Counted from the stretch's first letter, positions 38,134 to 48,690 are shown. The stretch: 64,000 bases of DNA from Candidatus Poribacteria bacterium (GCA_965222225.1 CBDCTK010000002.1:736001-800000), one strand, 5' to 3'. A program made the numbers and translations. The notes: generated from the sequence alone by a model not told the origin.

Positions 38134-39657
38134 ATGGAATCAGGTTTTGGACGAAAGATGGGGCCAAAGACGGCGACACCCTGTGTACTCTCTATCGATC
38201 AAGGTACAACCGGTTCCACAGTCCTCTTGGTTGATGTACACGGGGAAATTATCGCGCGTAGCTATCGAGAGTTGAGGCAATACTATCCACGTCCGGGATG
38301 GGTTGAACAAAATCCGGTTGAGATTTGGGAGGAAACACTCTACGCCATCCATGAAGTGGTTGACAATTCTGAGATTGCTACAAACAACATCGCCGCAATC
38401 GGCATAACTAATCAACGTGAGACTACCATCCTCTGGGAGCGGGATACGGGTAAACCGATTTACCCGGCGATTGTTTGGCAATGCCGTCGCACGGTGGACG
38501 AATGCAACGAACTGAGGAAGCAAGGACTCGAAGATGTTATTCGTGCGAAAACAGGCTTGGTTCTCGATCCCTATTTCTCCGCGACAAAGATTGCATGGAT
38601 TCTAAAGCATGTAGATGGAGCCCGCGAGCGTGCAAATTCCGGGAATCTCGCGTTCGGAACGGTGGACGCATGGCTGCTCTGGAACTTAACTGGCGGCGTG
38701 GTTCACGCGACCGATTACACCAATGCGTCGCGCACATTGCTGTACGACATCGAAAGGCTTGCATGGGATGATGAACTGCTACATAATTTCCGTATTCCTA
38801 GGCAGATTTTGCCGGAAGTAGGTTGGTCAGCTCGGGTGTTCGGCGCCGTAAAAGACCTCCATCCTGCGTTAAACGGTCTTCCAATAGCGGCGATTGCCGG
38901 CGACCAGCAAGCGGCACTGTTTGGGCAACTTTGTACGAAACCGGGTATGGCTAAGAACACCTATGGTACAGGCTGTTTTCTCATGCTCAATACAGGTGAG
39001 AAACGCGTTCATTCCGACGCAGGTTTATTGACGACGCTGGCATGCAGCCTTGACGATCAGCCTGTCTACGCGATCGAAGGGAGTGTGTTCGTCGCGGGAG
39101 CAGCCGTGCAATGGCTCCGGGATGGCATTGAAATTGTCGATTCAGCTGCGGAAACCGAAGCGATTGCGACTAGTGTCAAGGACACCGCAGGCGTTGTCGT
39201 TGTTCCCGCGTTTACCGGATTGGGAGCGCCGTATTGGAACCCGAATGCAAAAGGAGCAATTGTTGGTCTCACGCGCGGGACAACTCGCCCGCATATTGTT
39301 CGAGCAACATTGGAGTCGATTGCATTTCAAAGCGCTGATTTGGTTGACGCGATGACGAGTGAAATCGAAATTATGCATAATCGGCTGCGGGTGGACGGAG
39401 GTGCTGCAGCGAATGACTTCCTGATGCAGTTTCAAGCCGATATTCTTGACATGGATGTCGAGCGACCACAACAGATCGAAAGCACCGGACTCGGTGCTGC
39501 TTTTCTCGCGGGAATAACTTCCGGCGTGTGGGGTTGCATTGATGAACTTGAGTCGAGTCGGAAGGTTGATTGTGTCTTTTCATCAAGCATGAACGATAGA
39601 GAGCGCCGCGAAAAACTAACGGTCTGGAAAGACGCGATTCGAAGGGTGATGATTTGA
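38134..39657 (+). CDS. glpK: Glycerol kinase
   Basis: IDQGTTGS, GITNQRETT, AIVWQCRRT, TDYTNASRT, AGDQQAALFGQ, KNTYGTGCF and PAFTGLGAPYW motifs. The start may be ATG 38158. Confidence 0.96.
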   Translation: MESGFGRKMGPKTATPCVLSIDQGTTGSTVLLVDVHGEIIARSYRELRQYYPRPGWVEQNPVEIWEETLYAIHEVVDNSEIATNNIAAIGITNQRETTILWERDTGKPIYPAIVWQCRRTVDECNELRKQGLEDVIRAKTGLVLDPYFSATKIAWILKHVDGARERANSGNLAFGTVDAWLLWNLTGGVVHATDYTNASRTLLYDIERLAWDDELLHNFRIPRQILPEVGWSARVFGAVKDLHPALNGLPIAAIAGDQQAALFGQLCTKPGMAKNTYGTGCFLMLNTGEKRVHSDAGLLTTLACSLDDQPVYAIEGSVFVAGAAVQWLRDGIEIVDSAAETEAIATSVKDTAGVVVVPAFTGLGAPYWNPNAKGAIVGLTRGTTRPHIVRATLESIAFQSADLVDAMTSEIEIMHNRLRVDGGAAANDFLMQFQADILDMDVERPQQIESTGLGAAFLAGITSGVWGCIDELESSRKVDCVFSSSMNDRERREKLTVWKDAIRRVMI

Positions 39658-41397
39658 ATGCATCTGCAATGGAAATACGCACTCATTGTAAATCTGGCTG
39701 TGTTAGTTGTCTTGGGGGTGTTCTACATCTTGGATGATTTTAGAGCGCAACGGGAACTAAACAGTCTCTACAACAGCGGTCTAGAAAGTGGCGTGGATTT
39801 TAAGGCCATTACAGAAAAAACGATACGCCCAGCAGTCGTTGATGAAATTGTAAGATGGCAGTCGTTTAAACGGGAGGCAGTTGAAAGAAATCTTCGGCAA
39901 AAGAAAATGGAACTGGACGATTTGAGAACCGTTGTAGATATCAACGTGACGTATGGGGATACCGCAATTCAAGCAGCACTTGTGCCTAGAAAGAGTAACG
40001 AAGAGTTCCACATCAACATAACAGAAGAGGATGTCTTTGACCTTGAACGCCTAGGTACAAAGCTATATCCAATTGAAGGCAAGTACGAAACAGCGGTAAT
40101 TGTTCCCTATCAGGCGGATTTGATTGCGCAGACAAGTGATAGGCTTATCTTCAGTGTGGAACTAGCGTACCAGAACGAATTGGACCAAGGTAAAGTGTCG
40201 GAAAATCTTAGACAGGTGTTCGCAGATAAGCGGGCTTTTGGTTCCAACGTTCAGGAGATAGAGGTTGTGGTAAAGGAAAAGGGTCGGAGGTGGCTAGTAA
40301 CTGATACGAGTAATGCGCAAAGGTATTTGATCTGGCGCAACGAGGACTTACTTGATGTCCATGTAGATAATCCTGTCGGAATTGAGAAAGAGAGTTTCAT
40401 TGGAGGATATATTCAAGTAATCTTCCGCATTCCCGAGATCCCCAGGATGATTCACAACTCTCGTTTGATGCATCTCGCATTGCTTTTTGTCATGAGTAGT
40501 CTGCTATTTATCATCGTCAATATTACGACGACTCGCCTTATTATGCGTCCGCTTGAGCAGATGACGCAGATTATTAGAGGCGCGGAGGCGGGAGATCCGG
40601 ATTCGCTTCAGCGGTCCTATTCGCCGGGTGAAATTGGACGGGTGACCTATAGCCTTGTAAGGATGCTTAGACAGTTGAAGGGCGCACACTCAAAACGGAT
40701 AGCTGCTCTAGAACAGTTCGCGGGTGGAGTTGCCCACGAGATTCGGAATCCACTCAATTCAATCGGCATGACCGCCCAGTATCTAAAGTCAATCTTTTCA
40801 CAATCCAAAGTGAAGGAGGAAGACATTGAGGAAGTTAGGGAGCTCTTGAGCATTGTCAATAATGAAATCGGGCAGTTGAAGGAGATTACCGAGCAGTTCT
40901 TAACGTTGAATCGTCCGAAGCATCTCAATTTGGAACCAACTCAACTTGATGACCTTATAGATCGGGTGTTGGCAGAATTTGCACTTAGTATGAGGGCGCC
41001 GAAGATTCATGTCGTGAAAAATTATGACGCTAAGCTTCCCTCCATCAATCTCGATCCGACATTGATACGACAGACATTATTCAATTTTGTGCAAAACAGC
41101 ATTCAAGCCATGTCCATGGGGGGGAGCATCTATATTACTACGCGAATTGATGAGAAAGGCACAGGGCAACGCGTAATCGTGGAAATTCGGGATACGGGCA
41201 TCGGCATTCCGGAGGAAATTCAGGAGCGAATCTTCGATGCATATTTCACTACGAAGGAAAATGAAGGTGGGATTGGGCTGGGACTCGCGCTTGCGCACCA
41301 AATTATAACCGCGCATCATGGAGAGGTTGAAATGAAAAGCAAGGTGGGAATGGGAACATCGTTTACGATTACTTTTCCTATGCAGATTGAGATTTGA
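39658..41397 (+). CDS. Membrane sensor histidine kinase (HAMP, HisKA, HATPase)
   Basis: Two TM helices, AHEIRNPL, N box (NFVQNSIQA), DTGIGI, YFTTK and GIGLGL; starts immediately after the glpK stop. Confidence 0.95.
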   Translation: MHLQWKYALIVNLAVLVVLGVFYILDDFRAQRELNSLYNSGLESGVDFKAITEKTIRPAVVDEIVRWQSFKREAVERNLRQKKMELDDLRTVVDINVTYGDTAIQAALVPRKSNEEFHINITEEDVFDLERLGTKLYPIEGKYETAVIVPYQADLIAQTSDRLIFSVELAYQNELDQGKVSENLRQVFADKRAFGSNVQEIEVVVKEKGRRWLVTDTSNAQRYLIWRNEDLLDVHVDNPVGIEKESFIGGYIQVIFRIPEIPRMIHNSRLMHLALLFVMSSLLFIIVNITTTRLIMRPLEQMTQIIRGAEAGDPDSLQRSYSPGEIGRVTYSLVRMLRQLKGAHSKRIAALEQFAGGVAHEIRNPLNSIGMTAQYLKSIFSQSKVKEEDIEEVRELLSIVNNEIGQLKEITEQFLTLNRPKHLNLEPTQLDDLIDRVLAEFALSMRAPKIHVVKNYDAKLPSINLDPTLIRQTLFNFVQNSIQAMSMGGSIYITTRIDEKGTGQRVIVEIRDTGIGIPEEIQERIFDAYFTTKENEGGIGLGLALAHQIITAHHGEVEMKSKVGMGTSFTITFPMQIEI

Positions 41398-41530
41398 GAA
41401 TAGGCGTTGATTACAAGCCATGAATTAGCAGTGCTTTAAAACGATTCCATTCAAACGCGCAATGCATTCACTATTACAAACTGAGGTGAGTAAGTTTATA
41501 CCTTTAACCTTAGTCTTGAAGGAACGGAAA

Positions 41531-42919
41531 ATGTCTTCAATTCTGATTGTAGATGATGAACACGCACAGCGAACCATTTTGCGAAGCATTCTGAAGCGAG
41601 AGGGTTATGAGGTTGAAACGGCAATAAACCGTTCTGACGCGCTTGAAAAAATTGGAAAAAGAATGTTCGACGTTGTCGTCAGTGATATGCGTATGGAATC
41701 ACCAATGGAGGGGCGCAATCTGCTCAGGGAGATCAAGCACGACGATCCGGACCTTCCCGTGCTAATCATGACCGCGTATGCGGAAATAGGCGACGCTGTG
41801 GCCCTCGTTGCGCGAGAAGGCGCTTTCTACTACCTTGAGAAGCCGATTAACATTGATGTGCTCAAAAAAGAACTCAAACGTGCAGTAGACTCACGGGGCG
41901 TTCCTCCAGTCCGGGATGAAGTTGACAATCAGGCAATTCCCGACATAGAATTCGAGACAGTTGTTGGACAAAGCCCACAGATGAAACAGTTGTTTAGGAT
42001 TATGTGTCGGATCATCCATCGCGGAGTGAATCAGGTATTGATTACCGGCGAGACCGGTACGGGTAAAGAGGTGGTTGCCAAAGCAATTCACGAAGGTGGA
42101 AAGCGGAAGGATAAGCCGTTTGTGCCAATCAACTGCAGCGCAATACCGGAGCAACTCATAGAAAGCGAATTGTTTGGGCATGAAAAGGGCGCATTCACGG
42201 GAGCAGATCATCAGAAGATAGGACAGTTTGAGTTTGCGGACGGAGGTACGGTGTTCCTTGATGAAATCGGAGATGTTCCGTTGAACATGCAGAGCAAGCT
42301 TCTTCGCGTTCTTCAGGAGCGAGAGGTTTCTCGTGTTGGCGGCACCAAATCGATAAAGGTTGATGTCTGCGTGATTGCGGCAACGCACAAAGACTTGAAG
42401 AATGCCTGCGACGCGGGCGAGTTCCGAGAAGATCTGTACTTTCGACTGAACGTTATTCCGCTTCATGTACCTTTACTAAAGGATCGAAGAGACGATATCC
42501 CCATCTTGGTCAATCATTTTGTGGGCAAGTTCAGTATGGAGTATCTTGATGCAGAACAGAAATCCGTAACACCACGGGCGATGTCCGCGTTTCGGCGATA
42601 CGATTGGCCAGGGAATGTCCGTCAACTGGAGAACTATCTGCATAGAATCTTCGTCCTTTCCGAGAACGAGGCAATCGACCTTGAGGATCTTCCTCCCGAC
42701 ATTTCGGATGGCGCTCCGCCGCCAGCAGATTTCCAAGTTGAGATTCCGGAGCAGGGCGTGTCCCTTGAGGACATCATGAAGGAATATATACAGGTGGCAC
42801 TTGCCAAGACGAATGGCAACCAGACAAAAGCTGCGGAACTCTTGGGAATCTCGCGTCGCAGACTTCAGAATCGGATACAGAACTACGAGATTGATAGCCA
42901 AGAATTCAAGAATGGCTAA
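41531..42919 (+). CDS. Sigma54-dependent response regulator (NtrC/AtoC family)
   Basis: ILIVDDE, SDMRM, GETGTGKE, ELFGHEKGAFTGA, FLDE, FREDLYFRLNV and WPGNVRQL motifs plus a Fis HTH. ATG 41531 preferred. Confidence 0.95.
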   Translation: MSSILIVDDEHAQRTILRSILKREGYEVETAINRSDALEKIGKRMFDVVVSDMRMESPMEGRNLLREIKHDDPDLPVLIMTAYAEIGDAVALVAREGAFYYLEKPINIDVLKKELKRAVDSRGVPPVRDEVDNQAIPDIEFETVVGQSPQMKQLFRIMCRIIHRGVNQVLITGETGTGKEVVAKAIHEGGKRKDKPFVPINCSAIPEQLIESELFGHEKGAFTGADHQKIGQFEFADGGTVFLDEIGDVPLNMQSKLLRVLQEREVSRVGGTKSIKVDVCVIAATHKDLKNACDAGEFREDLYFRLNVIPLHVPLLKDRRDDIPILVNHFVGKFSMEYLDAEQKSVTPRAMSAFRRYDWPGNVRQLENYLHRIFVLSENEAIDLEDLPPDISDGAPPPADFQVEIPEQGVSLEDIMKEYIQVALAKTNGNQTKAAELLGISRRRLQNRIQNYEIDSQEFKNG

Positions 42920-42966
42920 ATATGCGCAATCGCTGATAATCAAACAAACAAATAGAGAGATTTTAT

Positions 42967-44172
42967 ATGAACTCACGTCCACTTACGAGAGTGTTGTTAT
43001 TAATGACGTTTGCGGTACTGATTGTGGGCATTTTCTCATGCGATGAGTTGGTTTCCATTTTTTCAACTGGCGCTATTTCGAAGACAAACGGTGTCACCGG
43101 AGGAATTTCTGTCGGTGTTGTTCTATCTCTGACAGGACCACCCGCCGCTTCGTACGGGTTACCCATGCAACGTGGATTTGAGTTGGCTCTCAAAGAGATT
43201 AACGATTCACAGCTCGGGGCGACAAGGATTAAGCTTATTACTATAGACGACGAGGGGAGCGTTGATGGCGCAGTTCAGGCATATAATGAACTAATTGGTA
43301 ACTACGGCGTTTCCGTTATCTTAGGTCCCGGATATTCAAACCAAGTGCAGGAGGCATTTCTGATTGCGCAACAGAATAAAGTTGTGGCTATAAGTTCCCT
43401 GTCCTCTGCCACTGGTTTGGGGGCGATTGGCGATTTCTGCTTCCGCGTCGGTCTTACGAATGATGTATTGATTCCCAGTAGCGTCGAGGCGACTCAGGCG
43501 AAACTGGGCTACCAGAAAGTGGCAACGCTTCATGATGAAATTGATTTCTATTCAACAGATAGTAACAAGGTGGTGCGGGAATCACTCAACGCAAATGGCG
43601 TAACACTCCTTGCCAGCGAGACCTTCCAAACCGGCGATGCCAACTTTTCCGCACAGTTGAGTCGAATAATGGAGTTGAGTCCTGACGCCGTTTTTATTTC
43701 CGCCTTAGCGCCGGATATTCCCGAAATAATGATTCAGGGGCGCGGCATCGGCATACCCTGTTCCGTGCCGTTTATCGTTCCATACATGACCAAGGACGAA
43801 GTGAAAGCAGCAGGTGCCGCTGCCGAGAGTTCGATTTCGTTTACCAGTTGGATTAGCACCACTCACACGCCGGGGAATCAGGATTTTGTTCGGAATTATC
43901 AATTGAGGTACGGGATTGAACCTGAGACGTGGGCGGCGCAGACGTATGCCACGCTCTATATTTTGGTTGAAGCGATAATGAGTGCTCAATCGACTAATTC
44001 AACGTCAATTCGCGATGCCTTAACAAACATTAGTGATTTTGACACAGTCTTGGGGCAATTCTCTTTTAACGAAAGCGGTGATGCGAATTATGCTCCCAAG
44101 ATATTGGTTGTCGAAGAAGGCGAACTTCTTGACTTTGGAGCGAGCGAAATACTTTCGAGCGATGGCATGTAG
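42967..44172 (+). CDS. Branched-chain amino acid-type ABC substrate-binding lipoprotein (orphan)
   Basis: Lipobox-like IFSC; SLTGP.A.YG, DDEGS, CFRVG, D.NFSAQL and G.FSFN..GD motifs. No permease or ATPase genes adjacent. Confidence 0.9.
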   Translation: MNSRPLTRVLLLMTFAVLIVGIFSCDELVSIFSTGAISKTNGVTGGISVGVVLSLTGPPAASYGLPMQRGFELALKEINDSQLGATRIKLITIDDEGSVDGAVQAYNELIGNYGVSVILGPGYSNQVQEAFLIAQQNKVVAISSLSSATGLGAIGDFCFRVGLTNDVLIPSSVEATQAKLGYQKVATLHDEIDFYSTDSNKVVRESLNANGVTLLASETFQTGDANFSAQLSRIMELSPDAVFISALAPDIPEIMIQGRGIGIPCSVPFIVPYMTKDEVKAAGAAAESSISFTSWISTTHTPGNQDFVRNYQLRYGIEPETWAAQTYATLYILVEAIMSAQSTNSTSIRDALTNISDFDTVLGQFSFNESGDANYAPKILVVEEGELLDFGASEILSSDGM

Positions 44173-44185
44173 CAACAAGCTGTAA

Positions 44186-44757
44186 GAACCTGTTTGAGAA
44201 TTAGATGGCAAGACCATGTTCCGGCAATTTGGAGGTCACAATTGCCGAATTGCCAAGTCATTAACCTCCCAATGTGCCTTTCCCGAAAGGCACATCTAGA
44301 AAATTCAAACACATTGCTAATCAATATGGTTTGAGTGTCCATAGTAACTCAAGATTCAGCCATAATTTCCAGCAAAGTTCATGCCAAAATCAAAATCATA
44401 CTTCAATTTAGACTCGGTGAATACGCTGCGTCAAGACAACACGGGGATTCTAGGATTTTTCAAGTCGGGGGATGGTGTTCCACAGTGAAGTGCAAAGGGG
44501 TGCCACAAATATGGACATAATTTGGGAAAATTTGGCTCAAAAGGCATTTAAACCCTTGCCTGGCAAGGGTTTGTACTAGGTGCCACAAATGTGGACAAAA
44601 ATCCGAAATGTGGCACCCCTTTGAAGGATAGATTGTCGGAAGGACGAGAACAGGAATACAGGTTGGAAATATGCTGTTTGCGACAAAGCGGCTATAGATG
44701 ATTCTGTCCTTCCTAAGACCAACAATTGGCTTTGCCACCTACTTTTCAAACAGGCTC
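44186..44757. mobile_element. 572-bp non-autonomous element (MITE) with IS5-like TIRs
   Basis: Left end gaacctgtttgagaattagatggcaa vs reverse-complemented right end gagcctgtttgaaaagtaggtggcaa (26 bp, 4 mismatches). TAA on both flanks; no transposase. Confidence 0.8.
44493..44623. mobile_element. 131-bp miniature element nested in the MITE
   Basis: Perfect 15-bp IR caaaggggtgccaca/tgtggcacccctttg, direct repeats ggtgccacaaat[ag]tggaca, central palindrome aaacccttgcc-t-ggcaagggttt. Confidence 0.7.
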
Positions 44758-45112
44758 TAAGACTTAAGCGTAAAGATTCCTCTGTTCAAACCCCGACGCT
44801 AAATTACCGGTACCATGTTCCTTCCTCTTGATGCGCCAAGTGGAAAATCGAATTATAGGCGCTTACCCAACTTCCTCCCGTTCTTACCATTAGCTTCGCA
44901 CTAACGCTAGGCAATCTCCGAATGGATAGTGGTTCGTGCAAATCCAACAGGCACTGCCATACAATGGATGCCCCCATCTTCGGTTTGATGATTCAAGAAA
45001 GAGAGGAAATCGGGGTTTGATGACTCACTGATTCTTACTACGAACCGGCTCATGGCAGAATCGCAATGTAGGTTTGAATTGGGTATACGGTGAGAATAAC
45101 GCGCTTGGGGGC

Positions 45113-45254
45113 GGTGGGCAATGCCCACCCTACAAAAACTACAGATGAAGTGTTGAGTTTCACTCGAATTCCGACGTTTTCGAGCAGAACGAAACATCGG
45201 AAGTCTTCTTTCTGCTCGCGATTTCTTTTGGATTTTCCGTTCAACCCAACCTAC
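45113..45254 (-). repeat. Two REP-like elements
   Basis: GTAGGGTGGGCATTGCCCACC (45113-45133) and a degenerate GTAGGTTGGGTTGA copy (45228-45254). Confidence 0.7.
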
Positions 45255-45488
45255 GAGTTTGATCTGCGTGAGTCCTAACGACTAACGAGAGGATTATTTC
45301 ACTTTATGCACTGTTATTCAAATGAAATAGTACAACTTGCTTCCGTTCATATTGTAGGCTTTGTGCCGACGTAAAGCGAGGAATGGAGTGTGTGGAAGCG
45401 ATACGCAAAGATTGATCGGAAGGGGTTTACGCTGAGATACCATTAGGTCCCCCAGCTTCGTGGGATGTATCTGCCACTTACGGCAATT

Positions 45489-45932
45489 TCAATATCGAGG
45501 AAGGTCGGGATCGATCTCGGATGCCCACCGGTCAATGCCACCGACGAGACTTCTAACTCGCTTGAACCCCAGTTGCTGCAGAAGATAAGTTGCGTCTAGA
45601 CTTCTCATTCCGCGATGGCAGTATACCACAATTTCTACGTACGGATTTAATTCACGAATACGCCTCGGGAGTTCTGCCAAAGGAATCCATTGCGCCTGAT
45701 CGAGGTGGGCGGTCCGGTATTCCCATTCGTCTCGGACATCAAGCAAAGCTAGTGTTTTCTTCTGTTCCATCATGCGTTTGAGGGTTCGCGGTTCGATGGA
45801 ATATTCCGCTGGATTGAAAGGAAGGATAGCTTCTTCAGTGCTGGGGACTGCGCGAGGTAAGCGGTTTTTGGACGGGAAATGGATATATGTGTCGTAAAAT
45901 TCTTGAAATATCTCTTTAATGCCCTTCAGCAT
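45489..45932 (-). CDS. Rhodanese-like domain protein
   Basis: LLDVRDEWE, YCHRGMRS and L.GGIDRW...IDP.LPRY motifs. Confidence 0.92.
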   Translation of the reverse strand: MLKGIKEIFQEFYDTYIHFPSKNRLPRAVPSTEEAILPFNPAEYSIEPRTLKRMMEQKKTLALLDVRDEWEYRTAHLDQAQWIPLAELPRRIRELNPYVEIVVYCHRGMRSLDATYLLQQLGFKRVRSLVGGIDRWASEIDPDLPRY

Positions 45933-45998
45933 CCGTTGTTACTCCCTGATAAGGACGGCATTTTTGATTGCCTTAAAGTTGTCATGCGTAAAGCCCCA

Positions 45999-46028
45999 AT
46001 TATAATCGAAGGTCTTGGGAAATGTCAA
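45999..46028 (-). promoter_or_regulatory. Consensus sigma70 promoter for the rhodanese gene
   Basis: TTGACA-18 bp-TATAAT. Confidence 0.65.
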
Positions 46029-46042
46029 GACCCGGATTTCAG

Positions 46043-48139
46043 CTAGAACCTCACGCTTACACCCACAGTTGGAAGGATTGGAAAGAACGGTTCTTTGCTT
46101 ACATGACAGTCAAGCAAAGCATCTGTAAGGTCATCATGCTCCTCGGTGAAAGCGTATTCGTGAACGTTCGATCTGTTGTATAGGTTTAGCACCTGTAGAT
46201 ACCAAGAGAGTTGCCAGCTATTGTGTGGGCTTGTCTTTGTCAATCGGAAGTCAAGGCTATGAAATGCCGGCAACCGTTCCGTGTTATAATCTCCGAAGTT
46301 GCGTTCGCAGACGGATTGACCGTCAAGAAGCGTAACAACTGAATGCTTAAGAATTGTAGTTGGATTGCCGGTATGGAAACGCCACACGAAGTGCAGTTGC
46401 CATGCCCGCGAGAGGCGATAGTTTCCGTTAAGCGCGATGGTATGCCGTTGGTCGAACTCGCGAAAAAACTCCGTGCCAAATACCGATGAGAAGACTGTTG
46501 TCGAATCTTCCCTTGCTTTTGCTATTGAAAACGCGTATCCGAGACCTCCGGTCAACCTTTCGGAAATCACGCCGTTCGCGAAAAGGTCGAAGCCTTTCGC
46601 GCTACCCGAATGCGCCGGGGCTACGATTCGCGTTTGCCTGCCGTAGTCGGGAATGTGCCCAATCAGATTCGACAGATTTTTATAGTACGCTTCGGCGCGT
46701 ATGAGAAATTTATTCGGCAAGACATAATCTCCTCCGATGACATAGTGTATCGCCTGCTCTGCACGACCAATATCATCAACGCCATCTTCGACGGGAATTG
46801 TCATTAAGTCCGTTGGCTGATGGTAAAAGCCCCAAGCGGTGCGCAGGATGAGATTGTCAATTGGTCTATATGCCAAAGCAACCCGCGGGCTTAGTTCATG
46901 CTGTTGAACATTGGGCCGACGGTAATTCTGGAATAGATAACGTGTGCCTATATTGACTCCCAACTTTGGATGGAGTTGCCATTCCTCTTGCAGAAAACCC
47001 TTCACCGAGGTGCCGTGGGCGTCAATTTTCGCCCAAGTTTTTCGTTTGAGGTCGCACAGCGAACACCGACTCCGGATGAACTGTGAGGTCATCCGTCCGT
47101 ACGTCGGGACGGAATAGTTGTAGTCCACGACGGACCAGCGCCATTCAAGTCCGGCACGAAACGTGTGCGCACTCAGGAGCTGTGCGTTTACCTCCGCTTT
47201 TGCGCCTAAGAAACCGAAATCTCGGGTGTCAATGCCATTAACCCCTTCTTGTCGGTCACGAGTTGCTAGACCACTAAACAAAAAGACATCTGACCATACG
47301 TCTTCGTTGAAATGATGTCGCCACTTTGTCCATACCAAAGCGTTTTGATACCGAGAGTTGAGATCGTTCTCATCGTCTTCTTCATTGATGCGATTTTTGT
47401 CCCAGGCATACAGACCATTGAGGATTAATGTGTCTTGTGTTGTCAGGTCGTAAATAATTTTGCCGTATAAATCTGCGTATTGCGGTTTCAGTTCCTTGTC
47501 GGCATCCATCAAAGCGAGGATAATGTCGACGTAACCGCGCCGTGCCGAGAGCAACCACGATCCTTTCCGAGATAAGGGGCCTTCCAAAAGCGCGTGCGCA
47601 TTCACCAAATCAACACCAAGATTTGCCCTGAATTCCTCTCGATTTCCCTCTTTAACATTGATGTCAAATATTCCTGACAGCTTATCACCGTATTCGGCGG
47701 GGAAGCCTCCCATTAATAAATCCGCCCGACGTACCAGTCCAAGGTCAATTATGGAAACCGCGCCTCCAAAATCCTGCAAGTGGTATGGATCGTATAACTC
47801 CATTCCGTCCAATCTAACCAAGATTTCATCCTTTTCGCCTCCCCGTAGGTTAAAGCGAGCGCTGAAATCGCTGGACACGACGCCCGGAAAGATATGTGCA
47901 GCCCGTGCTACGTCGTTGTCAATTAAAGGAAGTGATTCGATTTCTCGCTTCGTGAGAGAAAAAACTGAAGGTGTTCCTCCGAGGATTGTAAATTTTCCCG
48001 GGGTAACAATAATCGGGGAGAGCTGGACAGGTTCTGTCGTGTCTTCGCCAGAAACGGGAGCGTGCACGGCAAGGAAAACGAGAAAACCAAGGATGGAAGC
48101 GAGAATAGGATTTGGCGACAACGTCAATGAGGTAGCCAT
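46043..48139 (-). CDS. TonB-dependent receptor
   Basis: Signal peptide; plug motifs (PGV, N.RGG, GGFPAEYG..LSG); SPR, EAYYK and DQRH motifs; NLYNRSN; C-terminal Phe. Confidence 0.92.
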   Translation of the reverse strand: MATSLTLSPNPILASILGFLVFLAVHAPVSGEDTTEPVQLSPIIVTPGKFTILGGTPSVFSLTKREIESLPLIDNDVARAAHIFPGVVSSDFSARFNLRGGEKDEILVRLDGMELYDPYHLQDFGGAVSIIDLGLVRRADLLMGGFPAEYGDKLSGIFDINVKEGNREEFRANLGVDLVNAHALLEGPLSRKGSWLLSARRGYVDIILALMDADKELKPQYADLYGKIIYDLTTQDTLILNGLYAWDKNRINEEDDENDLNSRYQNALVWTKWRHHFNEDVWSDVFLFSGLATRDRQEGVNGIDTRDFGFLGAKAEVNAQLLSAHTFRAGLEWRWSVVDYNYSVPTYGRMTSQFIRSRCSLCDLKRKTWAKIDAHGTSVKGFLQEEWQLHPKLGVNIGTRYLFQNYRRPNVQQHELSPRVALAYRPIDNLILRTAWGFYHQPTDLMTIPVEDGVDDIGRAEQAIHYVIGGDYVLPNKFLIRAEAYYKNLSNLIGHIPDYGRQTRIVAPAHSGSAKGFDLFANGVISERLTGGLGYAFSIAKAREDSTTVFSSVFGTEFFREFDQRHTIALNGNYRLSRAWQLHFVWRFHTGNPTTILKHSVVTLLDGQSVCERNFGDYNTERLPAFHSLDFRLTKTSPHNSWQLSWYLQVLNLYNRSNVHEYAFTEEHDDLTDALLDCHVSKEPFFPILPTVGVSVRF

Positions 48140-48168
48140 ATTATTCTCCAGTGATTCAGTTAATGGCG

Positions 48169-48197
48169 ATTATAGCACACCCAATCTCTGTCGTCAA
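48169..48197 (-). promoter_or_regulatory. Putative sigma70 promoter for the TonB receptor
   Basis: TTGACG-17 bp-TATAAT with TG extension. Confidence 0.6.
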
Positions 48198-48643
48198 ACA
48201 GGAAGGGCCAATCCGGGCAGGTTACGCACTGTCGGTGGAAACAACAGTTTGGCGTTCATCGTCTTGGCTCTCTTGTCAAGTGGAGACGCGAGGATGGACT
48301 ATATGAGGCGTAACGTAGACGATAGAGGGATAACCCCACGAAAATGCACGGGAAATCCCGCACGACCGCAATCAAGCTCCGGAGAGTTAGTCCGCACATT
48401 CAAGGAATCCTACTTCCGCGGGGACACCAACCTACGCCGAATGCAAATTTAGCTGTCGCGATTGCCCTTTAATCTCCATACGTTATGCGCGAGCCGTGTA
48501 TTTTTCGATGACGAATCCACTCAGGAATCTTTCTTGAAGCAACGGGGTGGATATGTTCGGTGAAAACGAGAAAACCACGGTTTACCTACTGTGCCTTGAC
48601 GACAGTTTGATGCCCCCCGCTGTTAGCGGATTGACGTTTTGGC

Positions 48644-48672
48644 TTGACGATTCGCAGGGGGTTATGTAGAAT
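48644..48672 (+). promoter_or_regulatory. Putative sigma70 promoter for the envelope operon
   Basis: TTGACG-17 bp-TAGAAT. Confidence 0.5.
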
Positions 48673-48690
48673 ATGACCAAAGATGAGGAT

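Noticed and set aside
44758-45278. Possible further MITE bounded by degenerate IS701-like ends (taagacttaagcg ... tgcgtgagtccta)
   Set aside because: The left end is too degenerate and no target duplication could be identified.
47658-48452. 264-aa plus-strand ORF
   Set aside because: Antisense to the TonB receptor, with no recognisable motifs.
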